From assembly GCA_009773615.1 (NCBI GenBank), contig WSYA01000001.1, positions 26,536-90,535 on the forward strand: a stretch of 64,000 nucleotides of DNA, written 5' to 3'. A program made the position numbers and the translations under genes. This document shows, piece after piece, positions 21,276-35,133 of this stretch; position 1 is the stretch's first letter, and every line of letters begins with the position of its first letter. Source of the DNA: Gallionellaceae bacterium (GTDB lineage Bacteria > Pseudomonadota > Gammaproteobacteria > Burkholderiales > Gallionellaceae). Below the pieces are notes generated by a model that had not been told where the DNA came from, made no database searches, and worked only from the letters and a program-made list of their open reading frames with translations.

Positions 21276-21395
21276 CACCACAGAGACACAGAGACACAGA
21301 GAACGGCAAAAGCCAAGGCTGCTACTAGCTGCGAATGGCGTGTCTGTGAAAGTAATCGGGGTGGATTTCCTCTGTGTCTCTGTGTCTCTGTGGTG
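21276..21395. repeat. CACAGAGA-type palindromic element, copy 1 (murG-murC spacer)
   Basis: Perfect 26-bp inverted arms CACCACAGAGACACAGAGACACAGAG (21276-21301) and its reverse complement (21370-21395), around a 68-nt centre. Confidence 0.85.
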
Positions 21396-21409
21396 CAGGG
21401 GGTGGCTTT

Positions 21410-22810
21410 ATGAAACACAAGATCAAACACATTCACTTCGTCGGCATCGGCGGCTCCGGCATGAACGGTATCGCCGAGGTGCTGCTCAATCTGGGCTTTC
21501 AGGTGAGTGGCTCCGATCTGGCCGAAAGCGCTGTCACGCAACGTTTGCAGACGCTGGGCGCGACCATCCATTACGGGCACGACACTAAAAATCTGAAAAA
21601 TGCCGATGCGGTGGTGACGTCCACCGCCGTCAAAGCGGACAACCCGGAAGTGGTGGCGGCGCGCGAGCAGCGCATTCCTGTGGTGCCGCGCGCGGTGATG
21701 CTGGCGGAGCTGATGCGTTTGCGCCAGGGCATCGCCGTGGCGGGTACGCACGGCAAGACCACTACCACTTCGCTGGTGACCAGCGTGCTGGCTAAGGGTG
21801 GTTACGATCCGACTTTCGTCATCGGCGGCCGTCTCAACAGCAGCGGCGCGAATGCGCGTCTGGGCACCGGGGAGTTCATCGTGGCCGAGGCGGACGAGTC
21901 CGATGCCTCGTTCCTGTATCTCACGCCCATTTTGGCGGTGGTCACTAATATCGATGCCGACCATATGGAGACGTATGGACACGACTTCGGCAAACTGAAA
22001 CAAGCGTTTGTGGATTTCATCGAGCGCCTGCCTTTTTACGGTCGCGCCATTCTGTGCACTGACGATGTAAACGTGCAGGAAATTTTGCCGCGTATCAGCA
22101 AACCGGTCACGACCTATGGTTTCAACGAAGGCGCGCATATCCGCGCCGTGAACGTTCGCCACGAGGGCGGGCAGATGCGTTTCACCGCGCTGTGCCGTCA
22201 CAACAGCGTGCCGGTCGATCTGGATGTAACGCTCAATCTGGCGGGGTTGCACAACGTGCTCAACTCGTTGGCCGCGATAGCGGTGGCGCTGGAGGTTGGC
22301 GTTGCGGAGGATGCCATCGTGGCCGCACTTGCCGAGTTTCAGGGCGTTGGGCGACGCATGCAGCGCTATGGCGAAGTCCCGCTGGCATCCGGTGGCTCAT
22401 TCACGTTGATCGACGACTACGGCCATCACCCGGTGGAAATGAAAGCCACTCTGGCCGCAGTGCGCGGCGCTTTTCCGGACAAACGTTTGTTGCTGGCTTT
22501 TCAGCCGCACCGTTACACGCGTACCCGTGATCTGTTCGAAGATTTTGTAAAGGTGATGTCGGGTGTCGATGCGCTGGCTCTGTCGGAGATATATGCGGCA
22601 GGCGAAGCGCCTATCATCGCGGCGGACGGTCGCGCATTGATGCATGCGCTGCGTCTGTCCGGGCAAAGCGAAGCGGTGTTCGTTGAAAAGATCGCCGACA
22701 TGCCGCGCACCATTCTGCAAATGGCGCGCGACGGCGATGTGGTGCTGACCATGGGGGCGGGCACTATCGGCGGAGTGCCGAATCTTGTGAAGCAGATGGC
22801 GCAAAAATGA
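21410..22810 (+). CDS. murC: UDP-N-acetylmuramate--L-alanine ligase
   Basis: [25 protein letters not shown] and [10 protein letters not shown]. The start at 21410 was chosen because the upstream part of the ORF is the palindromic element. Confidence 0.92.
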   Translation: MKHKIKHIHFVGIGGSGMNGIAEVLLNLGFQVSGSDLAESAVTQRLQTLGATIHYGHDTKNLKNADAVVTSTAVKADNPEVVAAREQRIPVVPRAVMLAELMRLRQGIAVAGTHGKTTTTSLVTSVLAKGGYDPTFVIGGRLNSSGANARLGTGEFIVAEADESDASFLYLTPILAVVTNIDADHMETYGHDFGKLKQAFVDFIERLPFYGRAILCTDDVNVQEILPRISKPVTTYGFNEGAHIRAVNVRHEGGQMRFTALCRHNSVPVDLDVTLNLAGLHNVLNSLAAIAVALEVGVAEDAIVAALAEFQGVGRRMQRYGEVPLASGGSFTLIDDYGHHPVEMKATLAAVRGAFPDKRLLLAFQPHRYTRTRDLFEDFVKVMSGVDALALSEIYAAGEAPIIAADGRALMHALRLSGQSEAVFVEKIADMPRTILQMARDGDVVLTMGAGTIGGVPNLVKQMAQK

Positions 22811-23724
22811 ACATGAACGAGCCGACACTTTTTGCAGCACAGGGACTACGGGGCGAATTGAGCTTCGATGTACCCATGAGCCGCCATACGAGTTGGCGCG
22901 CGGGCGGTGCGGCGCAACGCCTGTACCGTCCGGCGGACCTCGCGGATTTGCAGGACTTTTTGGGGCAAGTGCCGGCGCAGGAGCCGCTGTTCGCGGTGGG
23001 GCTGGGCAGCAACCTGCTGGTGCGCGACGGCGGCTTGCGCGGCACGGTGTTGCTGCTGCACGGCGCGTTGAGCGAGTTACGCATGGATGGCGAGATGATC
23101 TACGCGCAGGCGGGAGTGGCGGGTGCGAAGCTGGCGCGCTTTGCAGCGTCAAATAATTTGTGCGGTGCGGAGTTTTTTGCGGGCATTCCGGGAACCTTGG
23201 GCGGCATGCTGGCGATGAATGCCGGCTGTTACGGCAGCGAGACCTGGCAAAAAGTGCAGCGCGTACAGGTGTTGACGCGACGCGGTGAATTGCTGGAACG
23301 CACGCCGCAGGAATACGAGATCGGTTATCGCCATGTGGCACAGCGCGCCGTGAACGAAGAGTTTTTCGTCGGTGCCTGGCTGCATTTCGAGCAGGGCGAT
23401 GCTGAAGCGGCGCGACAGGAGATCAAGGCGTTGATGGAAAAGCGCAGCGCCAGCCAGCCTTTGCAGTTGCCCAATGCCGGTTCGGTGTTCCGCAATCCGC
23501 CGGGCGGGCATGCGGCAAAGCTGATTGAAGATTGCGGGTTGAAAGGCAAGCGTATCGGCGGTGCGCAAGTGTCTGAGAAGCATGCCAACTTCATCGTGAA
23601 TGCGGGCGAGGCGACGGCGGCGGATATCGAGAATTTAATCGAAGAAGTGCGCGCGACAGTGGCGGCCAAGACCGGGGTGGCATTGCATCCCGAAGTGAGA
23701 ATCGTTGGAGAGAAATCGAAGTGA
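22807..23724 (+). CDS. murB: UDP-N-acetylenolpyruvoylglucosamine reductase
   Basis: 305 aa. [10 protein letters not shown], and NAGSVFRNP close to the C-terminal catalytic region. Confidence 0.9.
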   Translation: MNMNEPTLFAAQGLRGELSFDVPMSRHTSWRAGGAAQRLYRPADLADLQDFLGQVPAQEPLFAVGLGSNLLVRDGGLRGTVLLLHGALSELRMDGEMIYAQAGVAGAKLARFAASNNLCGAEFFAGIPGTLGGMLAMNAGCYGSETWQKVQRVQVLTRRGELLERTPQEYEIGYRHVAQRAVNEEFFVGAWLHFEQGDAEAARQEIKALMEKRSASQPLQLPNAGSVFRNPPGGHAAKLIEDCGLKGKRIGGAQVSEKHANFIVNAGEATAADIENLIEEVRATVAAKTGVALHPEVRIVGEKSK

Positions 23725-24629
23725 AAAATTTTGGAAAAGTAGCGGTTTTGTTCGGTGGACGCTCGGCAGAGCGCGAGGTGTCGCTCAAAAGCGGTGGGGC
23801 GGTATTGGCCGCGTTACAGCGCAGCGGTGTGGACGCGCATGCATTCGATCCGGCGCAGCGCGACCTGTCCGAGCTCAAGAAGGAAAAGTTCGAGCGCGTG
23901 TTTATCGCGCTGCACGGACGTTACGGTGAGGACGGCACGGTGCAGGGTGCACTGGAATTGCTGGGCATTCCGTATACAGGTAGCGGCGTGATGGCGTCGG
24001 CGGTGTCGATGGATAAATGGCGTACCAAGCTGGTGTGGAAAGCGGCCGGTTTGCCCATTCCCGATTTTGAATTATTGACTGCGGACAGCGATTGGAACGC
24101 GGTGGTGCAACGCCTGGGATTGCCGCTGTTTGTGAAGCCGGCCAACGAGGGTTCGAGCGTCGGTATCAGCAAGGTGAAGCGCGTGGAAGATTTGCCTGCG
24201 GCGTATGTGGAAGCCGCCAAATACGACAGTCTGGTACTGGTCGAAAGTTTCGTGGACGGACAGGAGGTGCAGTTCCCTATCGTGAACAACCGCGTGTTGC
24301 CTTCGATACGCATCGAGACACCGCACGAGTTCTATGACTACGACGCCAAATATTTGGCCGACGATACGCGTTACACCTGCCCGGGGCTGCAGGAGGAAAT
24401 GGAAAAGCGTTTCGCAGATATCGTGCTGCGCTCGTTCCATGTGTTGGGTTGTAGCGGTTGGGCGCGTGTCGATCTGATCATCGACAAGGGCGGGCAGCCG
24501 TATTTTCTGGAGATGAATACATCGCCGGGCATGACCGATCACAGTCTGGTGCCGATGGGCGCGCGTCAGGCGGGCATCAGTTTTGAGCAACTGGTATTGC
24601 AGATATTGGAGGCGGCGCATGTGGGGTAA
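23721..24629 (+). CDS. ddl: D-alanine--D-alanine ligase
   Basis: 302 aa with a GTG start overlapping the murB stop. [13 protein letters not shown] and EMNTSPGMT motifs. Confidence 0.92.
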   Translation: MKNFGKVAVLFGGRSAEREVSLKSGGAVLAALQRSGVDAHAFDPAQRDLSELKKEKFERVFIALHGRYGEDGTVQGALELLGIPYTGSGVMASAVSMDKWRTKLVWKAAGLPIPDFELLTADSDWNAVVQRLGLPLFVKPANEGSSVGISKVKRVEDLPAAYVEAAKYDSLVLVESFVDGQEVQFPIVNNRVLPSIRIETPHEFYDYDAKYLADDTRYTCPGLQEEMEKRFADIVLRSFHVLGCSGWARVDLIIDKGGQPYFLEMNTSPGMTDHSLVPMGARQAGISFEQLVLQILEAAHVG

Positions 24630-25356
24630 CGCACCTTTGCTGCGCACTGGCGCCAATCTGCTGTTCGGCATCAGTCTGCTGCTGGTGCTGTACGGCGCGG
24701 CGCGCCATGTGTTGCATCTGCCGGTGTTCCCGCTTAACGCCGTGGAACTGAGTGCGGTGCCGCAGCAGGTGCCGGTCGAGTTGATAGAGCGCGTGGTGCG
24801 CGAGCAGGTACGCGGCAATTTTTTTACGGTGGATATTAATCGTGCACGGGTTGCGTTCGAGCAGTTGCCGTGGGTGCGTAAGGTAAGCGTGCGCAGGAAG
24901 TTTCCGTGGAGTCTGGAGGTCGAGTTGGAAGAGCAGGCGGCGTTGGCGCGCTTGAGCGACTCGACATTGGTGAACACATACGGGGAGGTGTTTTCCGCAG
25001 TGAGCAAGCAAACGCTGCCCTTGTTCATCGGCCAGCCAAACATGTCCGCTCAGATGGCGGGGATGTATGTCGAGCTGAGCAAAGAATTGCTGCCTATGCA
25101 GCAGGAAATTGCGCAGCTGAGTCTGTCGCCGCGCTTCGCATGGCAAGTGCGTTTGAGTAACGGCATGGTGTTGGAGTTGGGGCGCGAGCGGATGCAGCAA
25201 CGTCTGGCGCGCTTCGTTGAGGTGTATCCGTATAGCTTGGCTACGCTGTCGCATGCGGTGATGCATGTCGATTTGCGCTATCGCAACGGTTTTGCCGCCT
25301 ATCTGCCGAACGGGGCAGAGGTGCTGGGTAAACGGACTTCGGGAAACAAGGTTTAG
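24619..25356 (+). CDS. ftsQ: Cell division protein FtsQ
   Basis: The ATG at 24619 overlaps the ddl end. One TM followed by a POTRA-like region ([26 protein letters not shown]). Confidence 0.85.
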   Translation: MWGNAPLLRTGANLLFGISLLLVLYGAARHVLHLPVFPLNAVELSAVPQQVPVELIERVVREQVRGNFFTVDINRARVAFEQLPWVRKVSVRRKFPWSLEVELEEQAALARLSDSTLVNTYGEVFSAVSKQTLPLFIGQPNMSAQMAGMYVELSKELLPMQQEIAQLSLSPRFAWQVRLSNGMVLELGRERMQQRLARFVEVYPYSLATLSHAVMHVDLRYRNGFAAYLPNGAEVLGKRTSGNKV

Positions 25357-25368
25357 GGGATAGATACG

Positions 25369-26604
25369 ATGGGTAAAAACAGAGAAATGAAAAACTTGAT
25401 CGTTGGTTTGGATATCGGAACATCGAAGATCGTCACCATTGTCGCCGAGGTCAAGCCGGAAGGGACGCTGGAGGTGATCGGCGTGGGCATGCACGAGTCT
25501 TCCGGCATGAAAAAGGGCATGGTGGTGAACATTGATGCGACTGTGGCGGCGATACAGCGCTCTCTGGAAGAAGCCGAGCTGATGGCGGACTGCAAGATAA
25601 GCGAGGTGTACACCGGTATCGCGGGCGGGCACATACGCAGCTCGAACGCCAATGGCATGGTGAGGATCAAAGATAAAGAAGTGACGCAGCCGGATATCGA
25701 CCGCGTAGTTGAAACGGCTAGCTCGATCAGCCTGCCGGGCGACCAGACGATGCTGCATATCCTCGCGCAGGAATTCAGCATCGACGGGCAGGAAGGTATC
25801 CAAAAACCACTGGGCATGAGCGGCATGCGCCTCGAAGTCGAAGTGCATATCGTGACCGGTGCCGTGGCGGCGGTGCAGAACATTCTCAAGTGCGTGCACC
25901 GTTGCGGCCTGACGGTGGACGAGATGATTTTGCAGCCGCTGGCATCGAGCAAATCGGTGCTGGCTGAAGATGAAAAAGACTTGGGCGTGTGCCTGGTGGA
26001 TATCGGCGGCGGCACTACCGATGTGGCGATCTTTACCGGCGGTGCGATCCGCCACACCGCAGTAATTCCCATCGCGGGCGACCAGATCACCAACGATATC
26101 GCGATGGCGTTGCGCACGCCGACCAAGGATGCGGAGGACATCAAGATTAAATACGGTTGCGCGTTGCGCCAGCTGGCCGACGATGCGCCCATCGAGGTGC
26201 CGGGCGTGGGCGAACGCGATATGCGCACCTTGTCGCGCCAGACTCTGGCGGATGTGATCGAGCCGCGCGTGGAAGAGTTGTATTCGTTGGTGCAGGCCGA
26301 ATTGCGGCGCAGCGGCTTCGAGGACTTGTTGTCGTCAGGCATCGTGCTGACCGGCGGCAGCAGCGCCATGCGCGGCATGGTCGAGCTGGCGGAAGAGGTC
26401 TTTCACCTGCCGGTGCGTATGGGCTTGCCACGTTATGTCGGCGGCTTGTCCGACGTGGTGAAAACCCCTCGCTTTGCCACAGGAGTGGGGCTGCTGTTGT
26501 ACGGCTTGGAGCAGCAACAGAAGCACGAGGTCACACGCATGCAGTCAAGTTCGTTCAAGGATGTCGTGGCGCGGATGAAAGAGTGGTTTCAGGGTAATTT
26601 TTAA
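25369..26604 (+). CDS. ftsA: Cell division protein FtsA
   Basis: 411 aa actin-fold protein. VGLDIGTSKI and VDIGGGTTD motifs. Confidence 0.93.
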   Translation: MGKNREMKNLIVGLDIGTSKIVTIVAEVKPEGTLEVIGVGMHESSGMKKGMVVNIDATVAAIQRSLEEAELMADCKISEVYTGIAGGHIRSSNANGMVRIKDKEVTQPDIDRVVETASSISLPGDQTMLHILAQEFSIDGQEGIQKPLGMSGMRLEVEVHIVTGAVAAVQNILKCVHRCGLTVDEMILQPLASSKSVLAEDEKDLGVCLVDIGGGTTDVAIFTGGAIRHTAVIPIAGDQITNDIAMALRTPTKDAEDIKIKYGCALRQLADDAPIEVPGVGERDMRTLSRQTLADVIEPRVEELYSLVQAELRRSGFEDLLSSGIVLTGGSSAMRGMVELAEEVFHLPVRMGLPRYVGGLSDVVKTPRFATGVGLLLYGLEQQQKHEVTRMQSSSFKDVVARMKEWFQGNF

Positions 26605-26706
26605 GCGCGATTGGGTGAGGCGGCGTTGCCGGGAAAAGTTTTGTAGGGGTTCGGTTTGGGTGTTTGGGTTCAGGGTATTGGTTTGTAATTTAATAAGGAG
26701 AAAACA

Positions 26707-27864
26707 ATGTTTGAGTTAATGGATGCGCAACCACAAGGGGCTGTAATCAAGGTGATTGGTGTGGGCGGCTGCGGCGGTAATGCGGTCGATCACATGATCG
26801 AACAGGGCGTGCAGGGCGTGGAGTTCATCGCCATCAATACCGATGCGCAAGCGCTCAAGCGCAGCAAGGCGCGCATGCAATTGCAGATCGGTTCTGCGCT
26901 GACCAAAGGCTTGGGCGCGGGCGCGAAGCCTGAGGTCGGGCGTGAGGCGGCAGAAGAAGACCGCGAGCGTATTGCCGAGATCATCCGGGGCGCAAACATG
27001 GTCTTCATCACCGCCGGTATGGGTGGCGGCACGGGGACGGGCGCGGCTCCGGTGGTGGCGCAAGTGGCCAAGGAGATGGGCATTCTGACGGTGGCCGTGG
27101 TGACGAAGCCGTTTGTGTTCGAGGGCAAGCGCATGACGCTGGCGCAAAACGGTATTGAAGAGTTGGCGACTTATGTCGATTCGCTCATCATCGTGCCGAA
27201 TGCAAAGTTGATGGAAGTGCTGGGCGGCAAGACCACGCTGCCGGCTGCTTTCAAGGCGGCAAACGGCGTGTTGCAAGGTGCGGTGGCAGGTATCGCCGAA
27301 GTCATCAACGTGCCCGGTATGGTCAACGTGGACTTCGCCGACGTATGCACACTGATGTCGGAGAACGGTATGGCGATGATGGGGGCTGCGACTGCAACCG
27401 GAGAGAACCGCGCCAAGAAGGCGGCCGAGCAGGCGATCGCCAGCCCGTTGCTGGACGATGTGGATCTGTCCGGTGCGCGCGGTGTGTTGGTGAACATCAC
27501 TTCCAGCAGCAGCCTCACTTTGGAAGAGTTGCACGAAGTCATGAATTGCTTCCAGTTCGCCGCATCAGAAGCGACCGTGATCGTGGGTTCCGTGTTCGAC
27601 GAAGCGATGGGCGACGAGCTGCGCGTGACCATCGTGGCGACGGGGCTGGGTTCGATTGCCAATAAGAAGCCCAAACCGATTCTGGTTCCGCAAGTCCAGT
27701 TGCGCACGGGTACGCACGATGTGCCTATGGTCGATTATCGCGAACTGGATATGCCGGCTGTGATGCGCACCGGACGCCACCACGCGGCCACGGTGGAAGC
27801 CATGAAGCAGTCGGGTGTGGAGACGCTGGATATCCCGTCGTTCCTGCGCAAACAGGCAGACTGA
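26707..27864 (+). CDS. ftsZ: Cell division GTPase FtsZ
   Basis: 385 aa. [10 protein letters not shown] tubulin signature and the C-terminal [11 protein letters not shown] peptide. Confidence 0.95.
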   Translation: MFELMDAQPQGAVIKVIGVGGCGGNAVDHMIEQGVQGVEFIAINTDAQALKRSKARMQLQIGSALTKGLGAGAKPEVGREAAEEDRERIAEIIRGANMVFITAGMGGGTGTGAAPVVAQVAKEMGILTVAVVTKPFVFEGKRMTLAQNGIEELATYVDSLIIVPNAKLMEVLGGKTTLPAAFKAANGVLQGAVAGIAEVINVPGMVNVDFADVCTLMSENGMAMMGAATATGENRAKKAAEQAIASPLLDDVDLSGARGVLVNITSSSSLTLEELHEVMNCFQFAASEATVIVGSVFDEAMGDELRVTIVATGLGSIANKKPKPILVPQVQLRTGTHDVPMVDYRELDMPAVMRTGRHHAATVEAMKQSGVETLDIPSFLRKQAD

Positions 27865-27961
27865 ACGAAAGCGGCGCAACGTGGGATGCGGCCGGCCGAA
27901 GTGCGAAGACTGGCTGTGTTAAACTGCGCGCCTGATTTGTAGGTATTTACGAAAAGAAGAA

Positions 27962-28873
27962 ATGGTAAAGCAGCGCACGTTAAAAACGACAGTACAGGCG
28001 ACAGGGGTCGGTCTGCATACGGGTGAAAAGGTCTATCTGACTTTGTGCCCCGCACCCGTCAATAGCGGCATCGTATTCCGCCGCGTCGATCTACCGCAGC
28101 CCGTGGATATACGGGCTGAAGCGCATGCGGTTCACGATACGCGGCTTTCAACTTGCTTGGAGGCAAACGGTGCGCGCGTTGCCACAGTCGAGCATCTGAT
28201 GTCCGCGCTGGCAGGGTTGGGTATCGACAATGTCGTCGTGGAGCTGAGCAGTTCCGAGTTGCCTATCATGGACGGCAGCGCGGGAACGTTTGTCTTTCTG
28301 CTGCAATCTGCTGGCATCATCGAGCAAACGGCTGCCAAAAAGTTCATTCGCATCAAAAAGACTGTAGAGGTCAGGGATGGGGATAAGTGGGTGCGTTTCG
28401 ATCCGTTCAACGGCTACAAATTAAATTTCACCATCAATTTCACTCATCCGGTATTCGCCAATAGCAAGCAGAATGTGACGGTCGATCTGGGTGAGCATTC
28501 CTATATCAAGGAAGTGAGCCGCGCGCGCACTTTCGGTTTCATGCAGGATGTCGAATACATGCGTTCCCAGGGGTTGGCGCTAGGCGGCAATCTGGACAAT
28601 GCCATTGTGATGGATGAGTACCGCGTCATCAACCCGGATGGTTTGCGTTTCGAGGACGAGTTCGTCAAGCACAAGGTATTGGACGCCATCGGCGATCTGT
28701 ATCTGCTGGGGCATCCGCTGATCGGCGCGTTCTCCGGTTTTAAATCCGGCCATGCGCTGAACAATGCGCTGCTGCGCGCTATGCTGGCAGACGAGTCTGC
28801 ATGGGAGTTTGTTACTTTCGACAAGCACGAAGAAGCGCCGGATTTTCTGCGTTTGCAACTGCAATCCGTATAG
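27962..28873 (+). CDS. lpxC: UDP-3-O-acyl-N-acetylglucosamine deacetylase
   Basis: 303 aa. MVKQRTLK...[10 protein letters not shown], and the [10 protein letters not shown] motif. Confidence 0.93.
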   Translation: MVKQRTLKTTVQATGVGLHTGEKVYLTLCPAPVNSGIVFRRVDLPQPVDIRAEAHAVHDTRLSTCLEANGARVATVEHLMSALAGLGIDNVVVELSSSELPIMDGSAGTFVFLLQSAGIIEQTAAKKFIRIKKTVEVRDGDKWVRFDPFNGYKLNFTINFTHPVFANSKQNVTVDLGEHSYIKEVSRARTFGFMQDVEYMRSQGLALGGNLDNAIVMDEYRVINPDGLRFEDEFVKHKVLDAIGDLYLLGHPLIGAFSGFKSGHALNNALLRAMLADESAWEFVTFDKHEEAPDFLRLQLQSV

Positions 28874-28893
28874 CAGGACAGGAAGGGCGGCAC

Positions 28894-29094
28894 ATGCTGG
28901 TACTGCGCTTGTTGATGATATTGCTGGCGTTAGTTATCGTCCTGTCGGGCGGTATGTATCTGTTTACCCGCCAGCAGCGCTATTTGCGTTTCGTGTGGCA
29001 GGTCGTGCGCTTCGGCGTTCTCATGCTGCTGGTGTTCGGCGTATTGTTTTTGTTGGAACGCTACGTGCTGATCGGCTGGCGGATGCTGCTTTAA
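28894..29094 (+). CDS. Small hydrophobic protein, 66 aa (hypothetical)
   Basis: Internal ATG of ORF 28801..29094, located after the lpxC stop. MLVLRLLMILLALVIVLSGG... suggests two predicted TM helices. No recognisable family. Confidence 0.4.
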   Translation: MLVLRLLMILLALVIVLSGGMYLFTRQQRYLRFVWQVVRFGVLMLLVFGVLFLLERYVLIGWRMLL

Positions 29095-29510
29095 TCGCGA
29101 TGCGTCAGGCGGTTCAGCGCGTTCTTTAACGGCGAGTCAGGCAATTTTTCGGCGAATTTGGCGAGTTGGTTTTTTCCGGATTGGCTCAGGGACAGCGCCT
29201 TGGGGGGCTGAGGGATGGGCGGGGCGCTTACTTGCACCTGTACTTGAATTACAGTAACCTCGACACCCCTTTGCTGGAGTTGGGCGGCTAGCTCTGTGGC
29301 CATCTGACGCAATTTGGCTGCGATTGCGCCGTTATCGGCGGCAACAGTCAGCGTTTGTCGCTCAAGATGCATCACGCGGCAACCTCGTTTCAGCGATAGA
29401 GGAACGACGAGCTCGAAATGTTGTTGCAGCGTCATAAGCTCTCGCGCTTTTTGCGTAAGCAGGCCGAGTTCGCGGCTGGAAGCAAGAAAAGTGTTCAGGC
29501 GGTGTGGCAC
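29091..29510 (-). CDS. DUF721 (DciA-like) protein
   Basis: 139 aa. The position between lpxC and the M23 peptidase/secA is usual in betaproteobacteria. LTVAADNGAIAAKLRQMATELAAQL resembles DUF721. Family assignment is from memory. Confidence 0.55.
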   Translation of the reverse strand: MPHRLNTFLASSRELGLLTQKARELMTLQQHFELVVPLSLKRGCRVMHLERQTLTVAADNGAIAAKLRQMATELAAQLQQRGVEVTVIQVQVQVSAPPIPQPPKALSLSQSGKNQLAKFAEKLPDSPLKNALNRLTHRD

Positions 29511-29543
29511 GGCGGAGAAGGTTAAACATATGAAAGGGGAGGC

Positions 29544-30467
29544 ATGAATATTATTCTAGTTTCCAGTCGGTTGGCAAAAGCTCGTAGCGTTACGCTCACG
29601 AGAACGCATTTAATGGCGGTGGTGACCTTGCTTATGGTGCTGTTCGTCGGGTGTGTGCTGACGGCGCAATACGTTATCGTGCGACTGCAGCCCGGTAGTA
29701 TAAGCAACGAACTGCGCACATGGCTTGCCAGTGCACAGGAAGACGAACAACAAAAGCAGCAGGCCTATCTGCATGAGAGCATGGATACGATGGCCAAGCG
29801 ACTCGGTCAGATGCAGGCGCGGTTGTTGCGTCTGGATACTTTGGGCGCGCGTCTGGCTAAGATGACAGGTATGAAGCCCCAAGAATTCTCTTTCGATCAG
29901 TTGCCTGCGCAAGGCGGTCCGTATAACCCCGTTGCGCAGCAGGCGGACGTGACTTTGGATGCCATGGATCAACAGCTCGCAAGTCTTTCCACATTGTTGA
30001 GCGATCGCAGCGATAAGCTGCTCGCGCTGGAGACGTTGCTAATGCAAGACAGCTTGAGTAAAAGGATGTTGCCTTCGGTGGCGCCGATCACAGAAGGCTG
30101 GTACTCATCCAACTTCGGATGGCGCATCGACCCGTTCACCGGGAAAAATGCCATGCATGAAGGGGTGGACTACATGGTGCAGGCAGGTACGCCGATCTAC
30201 GCTTCGGCCGGCGGGGTGGTGGTGTATGCGGACTATCATTCGCAGTACGGCAATATGGTAGAGATCGATCACGGCAACGATATCATCACGCGCTATGCGC
30301 ATGCGTCGAAATTGTTGACCAAAGTGGGAGCAGTGGTGCGGCGCGGGCAAGAAATCGCCAAGGTCGGTAGCACTGGGCGCTCCACGGGAAATCACCTGCA
30401 TTTTGAAGTGAGATATAAAGGCCTCGCGCAAAATCCGGTACGCTTCCTGCAAAAAGCCGCAAGTTGA
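29544..30467 (+). CDS. M23 family metallopeptidase
   Basis: 307 aa. N-terminal TM, coiled-coil region, and HEGVDY...GSTGRSTGNHLHFEV zinc-site motifs. Confidence 0.88.
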   Translation: MNIILVSSRLAKARSVTLTRTHLMAVVTLLMVLFVGCVLTAQYVIVRLQPGSISNELRTWLASAQEDEQQKQQAYLHESMDTMAKRLGQMQARLLRLDTLGARLAKMTGMKPQEFSFDQLPAQGGPYNPVAQQADVTLDAMDQQLASLSTLLSDRSDKLLALETLLMQDSLSKRMLPSVAPITEGWYSSNFGWRIDPFTGKNAMHEGVDYMVQAGTPIYASAGGVVVYADYHSQYGNMVEIDHGNDIITRYAHASKLLTKVGAVVRRGQEIAKVGSTGRSTGNHLHFEVRYKGLAQNPVRFLQKAAS

Positions 30468-30487
30468 AACGAGTTGTCCATGCAATA

Positions 30488-30517
30488 AGGGCGAGGGCTT
30501 GTGCCTCACCCTTTTTT
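30488..30517 (+). terminator. Intrinsic terminator after the M23 peptidase gene
   Basis: AGGGCGAGG-CTTGTG-CCTCACCCT (9-bp stem with one mismatch) followed by TTTTTT. Confidence 0.6.
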
Positions 30518-30555
30518 ATTATTCAGTCGCAGTAGTTACAGAGTAAATTAAGAAC

Positions 30556-33270
<2,715 letters not shown>

Positions 33271-33301
33271 AACCACCACTACTGTTACGGGGAGATAACG
33301 A

Positions 33302-33799
33302 ATGGTAACGAACGAATTGGTCATCAACGCACTGCGCAATTCCACATTGTCGGAGGAGCTGCGCGATTCGGAGATCGAGCTGCTGGCAAGTTTGATCTCG
33401 GTGCGCAATTACAAGGCGGGGGAGAGCATTCTCAAGCCGGGCGATGGCGAGCTGAAAGATGCGCTGCTGATTCTGGGCAGCGGCGACGTGGAAGCGACCG
33501 CAGCCACGGGCGGCGAGCATATGACGCTGCATATGCTGCAAGCTGGCGATCTGGCCGGAATCATCGGTTTCGTCGGCGGCAATGTGATGCAAATTAGCGC
33601 GACTATCGTTGCCAAGACAGACAGCAAAGTGCTGGTGTTAGAGCGCTCACGCTTCGAGTCTCTGCTGAACTCTCAGCCCGCCATCGTGTATTACGTGATG
33701 CGCGGCATCGTGCGCCATGTGCACGGCATCGTGCGCCGCATGAATACGCAGTCGGTCGAGATGAGCAACTACATCCACCACACCCATGGCCGTTATTAA
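33302..33799 (+). CDS. Stand-alone cyclic-nucleotide-binding domain protein
   Basis: 165 aa. The pattern GESILKPGD...LLILGSGDVE...GDLAGIIGFVGG resembles a cNMP-binding beta-barrel. No output domain is present. Confidence 0.6.
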   Translation: MVTNELVINALRNSTLSEELRDSEIELLASLISVRNYKAGESILKPGDGELKDALLILGSGDVEATAATGGEHMTLHMLQAGDLAGIIGFVGGNVMQISATIVAKTDSKVLVLERSRFESLLNSQPAIVYYVMRGIVRHVHGIVRRMNTQSVEMSNYIHHTHGRY

Positions 33800-33814
33800 T
33801 TTAGAAAGAATTCC

Positions 33815-35032
33815 ATGCCGGTGAATCTTTTAGCGCCCGTCGCGGCACAACTGTTGCCCGTTGCGGGCATTTCTTTGGGTATCGCGGAGGCGGGCATTAA
33901 GCGCGCCGACCGCAAAGACCTGCTGGTCATCAAGCTGGATGAAGGCGCGACGGTCGCGGGGGTGTTTACCACCAACCGTTTCTGCGCCGCCCCCGTCATC
34001 GTGGCGCGCAAACATCTTGCCGCAGGCAAGGGTATCCGTGCGCTGGTAATCAACACCGGCAACGCCAACGCGGGAACCGGCGAACAAGGCTTGAGCGCCG
34101 CGCGCAGCACTTGCGAGGCGCTGGCCAAGCTGCTGGGCTGTGCGCCCGAGCAAGTGCTGCCGTATTCCACCGGCGTTATCATGGAGCCGCTGCCGGTCGA
34201 TAAAATTATCGCAGGCATGCCGCAAGCCATCGCCAATCTGAAGGCCGACAATTGGTTCGACGCCGCGCAAGCCATCATGACCACCGACATCGTCGCCAAG
34301 GCCGTGTCGCGTCAGGTGCAGATCAATGGCAAGACCGTCACTGTCACCGGCATGTCCAAAGGCTCCGGCATGATCCATCCCAACATGGCCACTATGCTGG
34401 GTTACATCGCCACCGATGCCGCCATCGCAACTCCGCTGTTGCAACAGATCGTGTCCGAGGCGGCCAACCGTTCGTTCAACTGCATTACGGTTGATGGAGA
34501 TACTTCCACCAACGACGCGCTGATGCTCATCGCCAGCGGCAAGAGCGGTGTAACGATTGATGCCGCGAACTGTGCCGCATTGCAAGCCGTTGTCACCGAA
34601 GTCGCCACCGCGCTGGCGCAAGCCATCGTGCGCGACGGCGAAGGTGCGACCAAGTTCATCACCATCCAGATCGAAGGCGGCCGCGACGAAGCCGAATGCA
34701 AAAAGATCGGCTACGCCATCGCGCATTCGCCGTTGGTCAAGACCGCGTTCTTCGCCTCCGACCCCAACCTTGGTCGCATCCTCGCGGCCATCGGCTACGC
34801 GGGCGTGAGCGACCTCAATGTCGAAACTTTGAAGCTGTACCTCGACGATGTGCTGGTGGCAGAGAAAGGCGGACGCGCCGCGAGCTATCAGGAAGCCGAC
34901 GGCCAGCGCGTGATGCAGCAAAGCGACATCACCATCTGCGTGGTGCTGAATCGCGGCGCGGTGAACGCCACGCTGTGGACATGCGACTTCTCTTACGACT
35001 ACGTGAAGATCAACGCGAGTTACAGAAGCTAA
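33815..35032 (+). CDS. argJ: Bifunctional ornithine acetyltransferase / N-acetylglutamate synthase
   Basis: 405 aa. The autoprocessing site region [12 protein letters not shown] (ATML-type) and the C-terminal NASYRS. Confidence 0.92.
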   Translation: MPVNLLAPVAAQLLPVAGISLGIAEAGIKRADRKDLLVIKLDEGATVAGVFTTNRFCAAPVIVARKHLAAGKGIRALVINTGNANAGTGEQGLSAARSTCEALAKLLGCAPEQVLPYSTGVIMEPLPVDKIIAGMPQAIANLKADNWFDAAQAIMTTDIVAKAVSRQVQINGKTVTVTGMSKGSGMIHPNMATMLGYIATDAAIATPLLQQIVSEAANRSFNCITVDGDTSTNDALMLIASGKSGVTIDAANCAALQAVVTEVATALAQAIVRDGEGATKFITIQIEGGRDEAECKKIGYAIAHSPLVKTAFFASDPNLGRILAAIGYAGVSDLNVETLKLYLDDVLVAEKGGRAASYQEADGQRVMQQSDITICVVLNRGAVNATLWTCDFSYDYVKINASYRS

Positions 35033-35036
35033 ATAT

Positions 35037-35124
35037 CACCACAGAGACACAGAGAGCACAGAGGAAAAACAAATCTGGCGCGGCTGTGTCTTTTGCTTTT
35101 GATCTTCTCGGTGTCTCTGTGGTG
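35037..35124. repeat. CACAGAGA-type palindromic element, copy 2 (degenerate)
   Basis: The left arm CACCACAGAGACACAGAGAGCACAGAG (35037-35063) pairs with the shorter right arm CTCGGTGTCTCTGTGGTG (35107-35124). The internal TGGCGCGGCTGTG resembles the TGGCGTGTCTGTG of copy 1. Confidence 0.75.
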
Positions 35125-35133
35125 AACCTTCTT

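Noticed and set aside
21276-21395. Possible CRISPR or microsatellite nature of the (CACAGAGA)n tracts.
   Set aside because: Each arm has only about three octamer units, arranged as an inverted (not direct) repeat with a single centre. There is no spacer-repeat periodicity and there are no cas genes.
28801-29094. The 97-aa ORF-track model overlapping the lpxC 3' end.
   Set aside because: Its first 31 codons overlap lpxC in another frame. Only the hydrophobic 66-aa part after the lpxC stop is plausible, and even that is kept at low confidence.
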